A stretch of DNA of 64,000 nt from an uncultured Verrucomicrobiae bacterium (GCA_963825315.1 CAWGST010000003.1:7743-71742), one strand, 5' to 3'. Shown: positions 51,841 through 60,694, counted from the stretch's first letter. Numbers and translations are program-made. The notes: generated by a model not told the origin, from the letters alone.

Positions 51841-53477
51841 AAAATCCTCTCCGCATCGTGATCGTCGGGGGTGTGGCCGGAGGCGCTTCCGCCGCCGCCA
51901 AAGCGCGCCGGGTTGATGAAAATGCCGACATCCAGATCTTCGAACGCGGCCCCTACATCTCCTTCGCCAACTGCGGCCTGCCGTATTTCATCGCCGGCGA
52001 AATTGACGACCGCGCCAAATTGATCGTCATGACACCGGAAAAATTCTGGGAACGCTCGCGCGTTCGCGCCCACGTCAACCACGAAGCGCTTTCGATCAAC
52101 CGCGCCGCGAAAACCATTTGTGTCAGGGAACCGGATGGCCGGCAGCGCAACGTGCCTTACGACAAACTCGTCCTGAGCCAGGGCGCGAAGGCCATCGTGC
52201 CGCCCGTTCCCGGCGCGAACCTGCCGCATGTTTTCACCCTGCGCGACATCCCGGACATGGACCGCATTGCCGCCTTCCTGAACGAACGGCAACCGCGTCA
52301 CGCGGTCGTCATCGGCGGCGGATTTATCGGACTGGAAATGGCGGAGGCGTTTCACCACCGCGGCCTTCACGTTACCATCGTTGAGCGCGATCCCCACATT
52401 CTGCCGTTGTTGGACCGCGACATGGCTGCTCACCTGCAGAATCAAATCCGCCGCGACGATTTTGAGTTCAAAACCGGCGCCGCCGCAACGCAGTTCACCG
52501 GCGGCGGGGTGGAATTCGCCGATGGCAGCCGGTTGCCGGCAGATCTGGTTTTGATGAGCGTGGGTGTGAAAGCGGAAGTGGAACTGGCGCGGGCGGCGGG
52601 ACTGGAGATAGGCGAAACCGGCGGGGTGAAAACCAACGGCCGCCTGGAATCGTCCGACCCGAACATTTACGCCGTGGGCGACGCGGCGGAAACGATGCAC
52701 GCCCTGACTGGCGCGCGGGCGCGCATTGCGCTGGCCGGCCCGGCCAACCGCCAGGGACGCATCGCCGGCGCCAACGCGGCGGGCGCGCGCCTGATCTATC
52801 CCGGGGCGCTGGGCACCTCCATCGTGCGGGTTCTGAACATGACCGCCGGCTTCACCGGCCTCAACAGCGCCCAGGCGCTGAAGGCGGGCTTCACCTTCTT
52901 CACCAGCCTCACACGCGATGACAGTCACGCGCATTATTATCCGGGCGCAAAACCAGTGCTGATTAAAATCGTCGCGGAGGAAGGCACAGGCCGGCTGCTC
53001 GGCGCGCAGGTCCTGGGTGAATGCGGTGTGGACAAACGCGTGGATGTTTTGGCGACAGCCATCACCGGGAAAATGAGCGTGTTCGATCTGGAAAATCTTG
53101 ACCTGGCCTACTCTCCGCCGTTCGGTTCGGCAAATGATCCCATTAACACGGCGGGATTCGTGGCCGGTCATATCGCGCGGGGCAACCTTGCCACCGTTGC
53201 GCCGGAAACCTGGAAACCCGATGGCGACTACCTGCTGGACGTTCGCGACCCCGGCGAACTGGCGGAATTCGGCAAGCTCAACAACGCTGTGAACATCCCT
53301 TTGGGCCAGTTGCGCGACCGTCTTGGGGAATTGCCGCGCGACCGCCGCATCGTGACTTACTGCCAGAAAGGGCAGCGCGGTTATCTGGCCGCGTGCGCCC
53401 TCCACGGGCGCGGGTTCGAGGATGTGGCCAATTTGCGCGGCGGATTCCTTCAATCGAAACTACTCGGCCAAATTTAG
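51837..53477 (+). CDS. CoA-disulfide reductase / NADH-oxidase-family flavoprotein with C-terminal rhodanese domain
   Basis: IVIVGGVAGGASAAAKARR (FAD GxGxxG)...SFANCGLPY (redox Cys)...VVIGGGFIGLEMAE (NAD site)...YAVGD... The C-terminal part is LLDVRDPGELAEFG...YCQKGQRG. Confidence 0.85.
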   Translation: MKNPLRIVIVGGVAGGASAAAKARRVDENADIQIFERGPYISFANCGLPYFIAGEIDDRAKLIVMTPEKFWERSRVRAHVNHEALSINRAAKTICVREPDGRQRNVPYDKLVLSQGAKAIVPPVPGANLPHVFTLRDIPDMDRIAAFLNERQPRHAVVIGGGFIGLEMAEAFHHRGLHVTIVERDPHILPLLDRDMAAHLQNQIRRDDFEFKTGAAATQFTGGGVEFADGSRLPADLVLMSVGVKAEVELARAAGLEIGETGGVKTNGRLESSDPNIYAVGDAAETMHALTGARARIALAGPANRQGRIAGANAAGARLIYPGALGTSIVRVLNMTAGFTGLNSAQALKAGFTFFTSLTRDDSHAHYYPGAKPVLIKIVAEEGTGRLLGAQVLGECGVDKRVDVLATAITGKMSVFDLENLDLAYSPPFGSANDPINTAGFVAGHIARGNLATVAPETWKPDGDYLLDVRDPGELAEFGKLNNAVNIPLGQLRDRLGELPRDRRIVTYCQKGQRGYLAACALHGRGFEDVANLRGGFLQSKLLGQI

Positions 53478-53529
53478 ACAAACCAAACTATTGGTGCATT
53501 GAAGTTCGTTGCAAAATGCTGATGCGCGA

Positions 53530-53569
53530 GGAGCGCGGGCGTCTCGCCCGCATCCGTCGGCGTCCCGCC
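53530..53569. repeat. REP-like 40-nt motif (reverse-oriented copy of 18284-18323)
   Basis: GGAGCGCGGGCGTCTCGCCCGCATCCGTCGGCGTCCCGCC. It sits at the junction between the high-GC core and the low-GC island. Confidence 0.75.
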
Positions 53570-53768
53570 GACGGAATTATTAAAATTACTTCCATGACAC
53601 CACCCAATTGTCCGTTTCATAAACTTTTCGCCATCGGCACAAAGCTGCAAAACAGCAATTTGTGGCAATAGTATGCTTTGACCCGTCAGACGGTGTGACC
53701 CGCCAGACAGATGCGCATCTGATTAAGGCGTTGATTTTGCTCCCTGGCGGCGACATCTTCGGCGGCAA

Positions 53769-54788
53769 ATGAAACCGGAAAATAAAATGGTGGGTTGGAA
53801 ACAATATCCCGGTCAAAAAGTCCAACTAACCGAAATATCAAAATATATCGTAGAAAGACTTGGCAAGGAACTGTGCAACTGCTCGCACGAATTTTTTAAG
53901 TGCAACACCTCAGGCAAAAGAAGGACAGAAATTATTAAGTGCGCTTCGGCTCACATTGGTGACGAGCTGCATTACAAAGTATATGCAAATAAACTTTCGG
54001 GCTGCTTGCCACCGCCAATTGATGGAGGGCAATGGAAATCCAGAGAATGGCTTTATGACCTTCATTGGTACACTGAAGTGGACGACATCAAGGATTTGGG
54101 CGGGTTCATAGAGATGCTGAGGGTGCCCAACGATTCCGATAAATTATCCCCCTTTTTGTGGAACCAGTTGCTAGACCCGGAAGAGCGAAAAACGCTGGAA
54201 CATTATCAGTCGTCGCCGTCAAGTTCAACGAAAGCTCGAAAAGTTGTTTACGAACTGCTCAAAAAGATAATTGACGGACAATCGATTTACGAACCGACTC
54301 GGTTCAATGGCAAATCGCTTGAAGATATTTCGATTGAAGCGAGCATACTTTTGAACAAATTCAAAAAGAACCTCAAAAAGCGGCGTAAGAGGAACAGTCG
54401 GGCAGTCTCCTGCGAAAAACTCCTGAAGCGCCACAACCGCCTGCTTCTCCAATACACTTATCCAGAAACGGTATTGTCGAGGAACCACGAGTATATGCCG
54501 ACACGTTTACCGTTAGTCGCTGAATTCGAGTGGCGCCCGAAAAGGGAGGAGGACAGCATTGTGCCTTACAGCGGTTTCAAATTTGACTTTCAAAAGCTTT
54601 TGGTCGCTAACGCCGACTTGAGACTAATGGTTTTCAAAATAAAAAAGGGCGAAAAACTTTCGGAGCTTGGCAATTACTTTGACAATGCAATTAAGAGCTA
54701 CGAACATTTAGAGCCGGGATCGCGATTCCTTTTTATCGCATTTGCCGAAGGAGAAGACAGATTTTTCTATGCAGAAAAACACAAATGA
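53769..54788 (+). CDS. Hypothetical 339-aa protein in low-GC island; possible split PD-(D/E)xK-like nuclease core (speculative)
   Basis: A long clean ORF in AT-rich DNA. It has a Cys/His cluster (CNCSHEFFKCN...CASAH), hydrophobic-Asp (EWLYDLHWY) and hydrophobic-E-x-E/K (LPLVAEFEWRPK) strands separated by a basic helical insert (KKNLKKRRKRNSR), and DFQKLL. No family recognised. Confidence 0.6.
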   Translation: MKPENKMVGWKQYPGQKVQLTEISKYIVERLGKELCNCSHEFFKCNTSGKRRTEIIKCASAHIGDELHYKVYANKLSGCLPPPIDGGQWKSREWLYDLHWYTEVDDIKDLGGFIEMLRVPNDSDKLSPFLWNQLLDPEERKTLEHYQSSPSSSTKARKVVYELLKKIIDGQSIYEPTRFNGKSLEDISIEASILLNKFKKNLKKRRKRNSRAVSCEKLLKRHNRLLLQYTYPETVLSRNHEYMPTRLPLVAEFEWRPKREEDSIVPYSGFKFDFQKLLVANADLRLMVFKIKKGEKLSELGNYFDNAIKSYEHLEPGSRFLFIAFAEGEDRFFYAEKHK

Positions 54789-54900
54789 GAGAAAAGAACA
54801 AACCTGTCGGCTATCGGCTCGAGTCCGAGAAGTCACAGGAGCCATTCTGCGTTGCACTTTTTCCTCGCGCTGTCCCCAATGAACTCGATTCAAGGAGCCG

Positions 54901-54924
54901 TCATAGGGTCATAGGTCATAGGGG
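54901..54924. repeat. Iteron-like (TCATAGG)x3 tandem repeat
   Basis: TCATAGGG TCATAGG TCATAGGGG, followed by AT-rich sequence, in the 490-bp intergenic region upstream of the DUF3631 gene. Confidence 0.8.
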
Positions 54925-55057
54925 TCAAACCGTACTATTGACTTGTTGATGTTCTTTTGCCGGCGCTAAGGTCCGCCTCGGCGCGCCCCGAAATGCTGGC
55001 ACATATTAACGCCGACACGGATAAAGCCTGCTTCGTCTGCGTCCATCTGCGTGTTTC

Positions 55058-55123
55058 GCGGACTTGTCGCGCCACAGCTTGGCGGCGGCGGACTTGTCGC
55101 GCCGTAGCCCTGCGAAGGCGGAT
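55058..55123. repeat. Two tandem copies of the GCGGACTTGTCGCGCC... dispersed repeat
   Basis: Copies at 55058-55088 and 55088-55123. The second is 32/36 identical to 1232-1267. Confidence 0.8.
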
Positions 55124-55220
55124 ATTTCGCGGTTAAAACTCATAAGCTATTGCAGTTCAAGCCTTTAAGCCACTTTTGCCTCAAAAGTGAAGGTTTTTTA
55201 AAAATTCTTCCAAATATCTG

Positions 55221-55249
55221 TTGACGAAATGATGTATTAACGATAATCT
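55221..55249 (+). promoter_or_regulatory. Putative sigma70-type promoter for the DUF3631 gene
   Basis: TTGACG (55221-55226), a 17-nt spacer, then TAATCT (55244-55249), 33 nt upstream of the ATG. Pattern match only. Confidence 0.3.
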
Positions 55250-55281
55250 TCAGCTAATGAACAATTGAACAATTAAAATAT

Positions 55282-56748
55282 ATGAGAAAGACACCAAAAC
55301 TATTCACCGAAGAGACAGAAACCGAGTGGCCCGGAGAGGTCAACCTGGCAGAACTGCTGAACGAAATCAGGAACACAATCCGAACGCACGTTGTAGTGAA
55401 CGCGAAAGCGGCCATTGCGCTTGCGGTATGGGTGGTCCACACCTACGTTTTCGAGTTGCGCGATGCCGTGGCTTACGTCGCCATTGAATCACCGGAAAAA
55501 AGGTGCGGGAAAACGACGCTTCTTTCAGTCCTGGCGGGGCTGGCATCAAAACCATTGATTGCATCGAATATTACGGCAGGGGCGCTGTTCCGCGCCATTG
55601 ATGAAGCGTCACCAACGCTGTTGATTGACGAGGCGGATACTTTCCTGGCGGGCAACGGGACCATGCGCGGCATCCTCAATTGCGGCAACACCTGGAGAAC
55701 CGCTTTTGTAGTGCGGTTGCGCAAAAAAGGCGAGGGAGCGCGGGAGACGGAAGTTGCCGGGGAGACCATGAAAAAAGAAGGTGAATTGGAAAAACCGCCA
55801 GCCGAAGGGAGCCTTGTTTCATACGGCTGTTACTGCCCGAAAGTCGTGGCCATGATAGGGCAGGTTCCCGAAACGCTGGCCGACCGAAGCATCGTGGTAA
55901 AGATGAGCCGCAAGTTAGTTGAAGAAACATGCGTTCCTCTCAAAGATTTCCATCCGGGGCAAATCAGGGCCAAATGCAAAAAGTTTGCCAGGCAGAACGA
56001 ACAAATCGTCAAAGACGCGCCGCAAGAGCGCCTGGAGGGGCTGAACGACCGGGCCGCGGACACCTATGAACCGCTCGCTGTCATCGCCCGCATGGCCGGG
56101 GAAAATTGGCTCCAGGAATTGACGCAAGCGGCAGCCTGGCTCACCTCGTCACAGAACGTTGACAGCAAAGGCCCCACGCTGCTTCTGGATGTGCTGGAAA
56201 TCCTGCTGACCGCCCCCGGCATGAAGATGTTCAGTCGAGACCTGGCCGGGGCGCTCAGAGGGGAGCGCGGATTCGTTCCGACCCAGCATTTTGCTGAAAA
56301 AAAGGTCACGGAACAAGTTTTGGCAACGACCCTTCGCAGATATGGCGCGCGCCCTTCAACCATGCGAATCGGGCGCGAAGTCAACAAGGGCTACTCGGCC
56401 CAGGACTTTCGCGAGGCGCTGCAACACTACGTGCCAAGGGCCGATATTGACGCACGGCTCGAAGAGATCAAAAAAACCGATGCCATACGGCAGGAACTGG
56501 CAGATGAACTTGGCAAGGAGGTCGAAGTACAAGAAGCCGGTCGTCTGCTGAAATTGGCGAAATTGAAGTTGGCAAGGCTCGAAGCGATGAAAGGTTCAAG
56601 CCAGGCATTGCAGGAACCGTTGCCGGAGGGGTTTAACGACATCACAGAGCAAATCAAGGCCGAAATAGTCGATTTGCAAAAGAAAGTGTTGCAGCCAGTT
56701 GCAGGGGTGTTGCAGGCCGAAAAGCTCAACGAAACCCTTGTAAAATAA
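55282..56748 (+). CDS. DUF3631-like P-loop NTPase typical of integrative/plasmid replication modules
   Basis: WPGEVNLAELLNEIRNTIRTHVVVNAKAAIALAVWVVHTY...ESPEKRCGKTTLL (Walker A)...PTLLIDEADTFL (Walker B)...GILNCGN...PKVVAMIGQVPETLADRSIVVKM matches my recollection of DUF3631 proteins. Confidence 0.75.
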   Translation: MRKTPKLFTEETETEWPGEVNLAELLNEIRNTIRTHVVVNAKAAIALAVWVVHTYVFELRDAVAYVAIESPEKRCGKTTLLSVLAGLASKPLIASNITAGALFRAIDEASPTLLIDEADTFLAGNGTMRGILNCGNTWRTAFVVRLRKKGEGARETEVAGETMKKEGELEKPPAEGSLVSYGCYCPKVVAMIGQVPETLADRSIVVKMSRKLVEETCVPLKDFHPGQIRAKCKKFARQNEQIVKDAPQERLEGLNDRAADTYEPLAVIARMAGENWLQELTQAAAWLTSSQNVDSKGPTLLLDVLEILLTAPGMKMFSRDLAGALRGERGFVPTQHFAEKKVTEQVLATTLRRYGARPSTMRIGREVNKGYSAQDFREALQHYVPRADIDARLEEIKKTDAIRQELADELGKEVEVQEAGRLLKLAKLKLARLEAMKGSSQALQEPLPEGFNDITEQIKAEIVDLQKKVLQPVAGVLQAEKLNETLVK

Positions 56749-56819
56749 GGCTTGTTGCCGTGTTGCCGATTTTCCGGACCTCTATCTATCAGTATGACCT
56801 TTCTGGCGATTTTTGACCA
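56680..56819 (+). repeat. Mobile-element terminus (3' end of the DUF3631 gene plus 71 nt downstream); inverted partner of 38158-38300
   Basis: See 38158-38300. Similarity stops abruptly at ...ATTTTTGACCA (56819). Confidence 0.85.
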
Positions 56820-56940
56820 CCTATCATCCATATCCCGGTTCTGGCGCATTTTACAGGGCTTTCTTTCAGAAACGGCCTTGTTTGCCAATTTTGAGCCGGA
56901 TTCAATCGCAACTCCTCGGCCAGACGTAAGCGGAACACAA

Positions 56941-57034
56941 CGGTCAACTGAGGGCGATAATCGAAACGGCTTCGTCTGCCTCATCCCGACCGACGCCCGT
57001 GGCACGCGGATCAAGGGTTGGCATTCCGTCAACT
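56941..57034. repeat. 94-bp direct repeat DR-a: orphan copy of the 3' end of the CBM48-like gene
   Basis: About 87/94 identical to 59656-59749. On the minus strand it still reads VDGMPTLDPRATGVGRDEADEAVSIIALS* but lacks the upstream part of the gene. Confidence 0.85.
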
Positions 57035-57114
57035 CCGCTCTAATCTCGTCGGCCTGCATTTTCACACGCCGACGCAACGGAGCCTTTAACGCAAAGGCCT
57101 TAACTCCCCGCCCC

Positions 57115-59484
57115 TCACCGCAAATCCAGCCGCCGAAATAGACAGACTTTCAGCCAATCCAGGCAACTCAGATAAATTGCTCCGATGGCTGCGACACCGA
57201 GCAGGAGCAACGGGCTGATGGCCGGCATCAATATGCCTCCCAGCACGAATGCCGCCATGACGCCCAGCCCCAAAATCGAGCTGCCGACCAGGAAACGGCT
57301 CGGCTGTGATTTCCAGAAGTGCCCGCGTTCGCGCAGCAGATAGACGCCCGCCTGGGAACTCAAAATCAACGCGGCAAACGTCAGCGTCTGCAAATGCGGC
57401 ATGTCCAGAATGAGCGCATAATGGCCCCACAGGAAAACGCCGAGCGAGAACACCAGTTTGCACGCGGCAAGCACCGTGGCGCACAGCAGAATTCCCCGTG
57501 TGTTCCAACGGTTGGGATGAGTCGAGAATCCCATCTGGTCGGTTGAAATGGACATGGTGAGAAAATCATTGAGAAACAGGATGAGCACCATGAGCATGGG
57601 CGTCAGCGGTTTGTGGGCGGTCACTAGAAACCCGATCACCAACAGCGCCATCAGTTCAATTTTTTTGATGAGCATGTTGAGCGTGTAGGTGATGATGCGT
57701 TGAAAAACACGCCGGCTGGTTTCAATGGCCGGCACGACACCGCTTAATCCCGGGGAAGTCAACACCATCGCCGCGGCGGCTTTGGCGACGTCCGTGGCGT
57801 TGGCCACAGCCACCCCCGCTTCCGCCTGGCGCAACGCCGGAGCATCGTTGACGCCGTCGCCGCTCATGCCGACCACCTCGCCACGCCGTTGAAACGCCCG
57901 CACCAGCTTGAACTTGTCCTCGGGAAACACGCCGGCAAACACGTTATAGTCCGTTGCGTCGCCTTGAAGATCACCGTGCAACTTCTCAGGCGGGCATACT
58001 TGGGGCGGGATTCCAACCTGCCCGGCCACATTCCGCGCGGTAAGCGCGTTGTCGCCCGTCACCATCACGATCCGAACACCGGCGTTGCGAATGGAACTGA
58101 CGACCGCCTTGGAATCGCCGCGCACCGCGTCTTCAAGACCTATCAAACCAACCAACTGCAATCGCGCGTCTTCTCCTGCTCCCACGGCCAGCACGCGCTG
58201 CCCGCGCCCGATGATGGCTTCGGCTTGCGGCTGCCAGAGGGATTCGGCCACCCCGGCCATTTTTGCGATGACGGCGGGCGCCCCTTTGACAAAGCGTTCC
58301 TGGCGGCCGCTGTTATCGCGATACAGGGCCTCGGACCGCTTCGTTGCCGGATCGAATGGTTTAAATTCAATCCGCTCCATCCCGCCGTCGTGCCAGCCGC
58401 GGTCGGTGGCGGCTTTGATGATCGCGCCATCAACAGTATCCAGTCCGGCCGGATCGCTGGCCAGAGCCGATGCGCGCAGAAGATCACCTTCTGCAAAACC
58501 CGGCACCGGCCAAATCGCATTCACCGTGGCCTCGTTCCGCGTAAGGGTTCCGGTTTTGTCGCTGCACAATACCGTCATTGAAGCAATATCGTGCAGGGCG
58601 CTGAGCCGCGTGATCAGCACGCCGTGTTTGGACAATTCCACCGAACCCAGGGCGGCTGCGAGCGTAAAGGTGGCGGGCAAAGCGACTGGAATCGAAGCGA
58701 GCAGAATGGCGAGCAGCAGGGGCAAAATATATTCCAGGGACATGCCTTGCAGATGGGCGTAGCCCGTCACAATCACCACCATCGCGGCGTTCACCACAAA
58801 CAAGTTTCTGACCACCCCCACGATTTCGTGTTCCTGTCGATTGGCCGACCCTGCGGTGCGGACCAGTTCGGCGGTCTTGCCAAAAAAGGTGCGCGCACCC
58901 GTGGCAGTGACTTCGCCCGTCGCTTCGCCGCCACGGATCATCGAACCCGCATAAGCCACTTTGCCCGGTTCGACCGAAACCGCAGCCGACTCACCCGTGA
59001 GGGCGGATTGATCCGCAAGCAGCGATCCCTCCTCCACCCTCACATCGGCGGGCACGATGCTGCCCTGGCGCAAATGGATGACGTCTCCTGGAACTACGCC
59101 CTCCGCCGGCAATGTGGTCCACGCGGCGTCCCGGCGAACCCGCGCCTGTACGTGCAACTGCTGCCGCAGAAGCGTCAATGCCTTCTGCGCGCGGCCTTCC
59201 TGTAGGAAACTCAGTATGGCGTTTAAAACGAGCAACCCGCCAATCACCGCAGCCTCGACACCCTCGCCTAGAAAGAATTGGATAATGATCGTGGCCTCCA
59301 GCAGCCAGGGAATGGGAGCCCAAAAGCGTTTGATGAACTCCTTGAATGGATGGGGCCTTTCTTCGATGACAGCATTCGGACCGAACTGTTTCAGCCGCGC
59401 CTGGGCCTCAGCAGAAGTCAGACCCCGCCCATTCTCGGAGCGGGGATAAGAACTTTGAACCGGCGTTTTCACATTTGCTTTCAT
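57115..59484 (-). CDS. P-type cation-translocating ATPase (type III, H+/Mg2+-ATPase-like)
   Basis: GLTSAEAQARLKQFGPNAV...LCSDKTGTLT (phosphorylation site)...MVTGDN...GMSGDGVNDAPALRQAEAGVAV, with 8-10 TM helices. I prefer the ATG at 59484 over the TTG at 59529. Confidence 0.88.
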   Translation of the reverse strand: MKANVKTPVQSSYPRSENGRGLTSAEAQARLKQFGPNAVIEERPHPFKEFIKRFWAPIPWLLEATIIIQFFLGEGVEAAVIGGLLVLNAILSFLQEGRAQKALTLLRQQLHVQARVRRDAAWTTLPAEGVVPGDVIHLRQGSIVPADVRVEEGSLLADQSALTGESAAVSVEPGKVAYAGSMIRGGEATGEVTATGARTFFGKTAELVRTAGSANRQEHEIVGVVRNLFVVNAAMVVIVTGYAHLQGMSLEYILPLLLAILLASIPVALPATFTLAAALGSVELSKHGVLITRLSALHDIASMTVLCSDKTGTLTRNEATVNAIWPVPGFAEGDLLRASALASDPAGLDTVDGAIIKAATDRGWHDGGMERIEFKPFDPATKRSEALYRDNSGRQERFVKGAPAVIAKMAGVAESLWQPQAEAIIGRGQRVLAVGAGEDARLQLVGLIGLEDAVRGDSKAVVSSIRNAGVRIVMVTGDNALTARNVAGQVGIPPQVCPPEKLHGDLQGDATDYNVFAGVFPEDKFKLVRAFQRRGEVVGMSGDGVNDAPALRQAEAGVAVANATDVAKAAAAMVLTSPGLSGVVPAIETSRRVFQRIITYTLNMLIKKIELMALLVIGFLVTAHKPLTPMLMVLILFLNDFLTMSISTDQMGFSTHPNRWNTRGILLCATVLAACKLVFSLGVFLWGHYALILDMPHLQTLTFAALILSSQAGVYLLRERGHFWKSQPSRFLVGSSILGLGVMAAFVLGGILMPAISPLLLLGVAAIGAIYLSCLDWLKVCLFRRLDLR

Positions 59485-59655
59485 TACTGCAACGGAACCT
59501 GCCCGCCGCCTGAAAAACCTTCTCTCCAATGAAAGACAGTGTGAACGTTAATCTCCCATGAAACTTAAATCAATTTTTGAACACAGGCTTGGCCGTAGCA
59601 GCGATTGTTGCTGAGATACCCCGGTCTTCACTCCGTTCACGCGAGCCACTCACTT

Positions 59656-59749
59656 CGTTCAACTGACGGCTATAATCGAAACGGCTTCGTCTGCCTCATC
59701 CCGCCCGACTCCCGTGGAACGCGGATCAAGGGTTGGCGTTCCGTCAACT
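59656..59749. repeat. 94-bp direct repeat DR-b (functional 3' end of the CBM48-like gene)
   Basis: Partner of 56941-57034. Together the two copies bracket the P-type ATPase gene. Confidence 0.85.
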
Positions 59750-59964
59750 AAAAATCGATACTGGTGATGTCCGTGGGGCAATTCCGCCTGGAGATACCAC
59801 CAACCCTCGGCGCGCTGCCGCATCGCAGCAGGCGTCCATTGGTTGAAATCACCCTCTAATTCCACCGATTTTGCCTGCGGCGCGCGGCAATAGAAATTGA
59901 CCGGTTTGAGTGTTTTCCAGGCCGAATATGCGCCGGCGCTTGTCTCGCATTGCAAAGATTTCAT
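59659..59964 (-). CDS. Small CBM48/AMPK-beta glycogen-binding-like (E-set) domain protein
   Basis: KPVNFYCRAPQAKSVELEGDFNQWTPAAMRQRAEGWWYLQAELPHGHHQYRFLVDGTPTLDP fits the CBM48 pattern (V.F......A..V.L.GDFN.W....M......W......L..G.H.Y.F.VDG). Confidence 0.7.
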   Translation of the reverse strand: MKSLQCETSAGAYSAWKTLKPVNFYCRAPQAKSVELEGDFNQWTPAAMRQRAEGWWYLQAELPHGHHQYRFLVDGTPTLDPRSTGVGRDEADEAVSIIAVS

Positions 59965-59967
59965 AAT

Positions 59968-60231
59968 TCATTTCCCTGCCTGTTCCCACATGTGTTCCTC
60001 CGCGGTGAGCACATGTCCGGCTGCCGTCGCCTGTGGCTGCGAGTTCACCGGGCGTCTGCGGTGGCCACGGACTGCTTGATGGAGATCGAGTACCTGTTCG
60101 CGGTCGAGCCACAAAATGTTTGTCACGGCCTGAATCTGCGCTTGCGGAACCTTCTCTCGGCACACTGGGCACGAACTTTGTGCGCGCGCCTTCACAGCCT
60201 CGCCTCGACGAGCTTCAATTTGCATTTTCAT
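59968..60231 (-). CDS. Hypothetical small protein (87 aa)
   Basis: The ATG at 60231 overlaps the response-regulator stop by 17 nt, and the stop lies 4 nt before the CBM48 gene ATG, so it is operonic. Contains SCPVC. Confidence 0.35.
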   Translation of the reverse strand: MKMQIEARRGEAVKARAQSSCPVCREKVPQAQIQAVTNILWLDREQVLDLHQAVRGHRRRPVNSQPQATAAGHVLTAEEHMWEQAGK

Positions 60232-60694
60232 GGCTGGCCTCAACCGGGTGGGCTGGCAACGATTCACGGTTCCCGGAAAACAGGTTGTCGAGCATGGATG
60301 TCAGTTGGCCACGCAGATCGTCCGACTTTGACACGAATCCGTTGGCGCCCGCGTCCTTGGCTTGGGACCGGCATTCCAAAGTGTCTTCCGACGTCACAAT
60401 CACGATCACCGGCGCGTAACCAGACCGTTCACCAGATTCCTTGATGGATCGGGTTGCTTCGAGCCCGTCCAAGCGCGGCATGTTGACATCCATCAAAACC
60501 AAGTCTGGCTTGAGGGTGGCCACAGAGCGGAGGGCCTGGCGTCCATCGGCAGCCGTTCCCACAAGTTCAAGACCCTTCTCTTCTATGAGCATGGTTAAAA
60601 ATGCGCGCATGAATTGTGAATCGTCCACCAGCAGTGTCCGAACGTGTTGATGGCCTTGAAAGCCCGCTTGTGGGGCAGGATTTGGTGGGTTCAT
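60215..60694 (-). CDS. Single-domain response regulator (CheY-like receiver)
   Basis: RTLLVDDSQFMRAFL...DLVLMDVNMPRLDG...VIVIVTSED...GANGFVSKS. Confidence 0.88.
   Translation of the reverse strand: MNPPNPAPQAGFQGHQHVRTLLVDDSQFMRAFLTMLIEEKGLELVGTAADGRQALRSVATLKPDLVLMDVNMPRLDGLEATRSIKESGERSGYAPVIVIVTSEDTLECRSQAKDAGANGFVSKSDDLRGQLTSMLDNLFSGNRESLPAHPVEASHENAN

Noticed and set aside
59485-59660. Mg2+ (M-box) riboswitch upstream of the P-type ATPase
   Set aside because: The leader does not contain the conserved GGUGAGGCUCC-type M-box core, and the ATPase looks more like an H+-ATPase type than MgtA.
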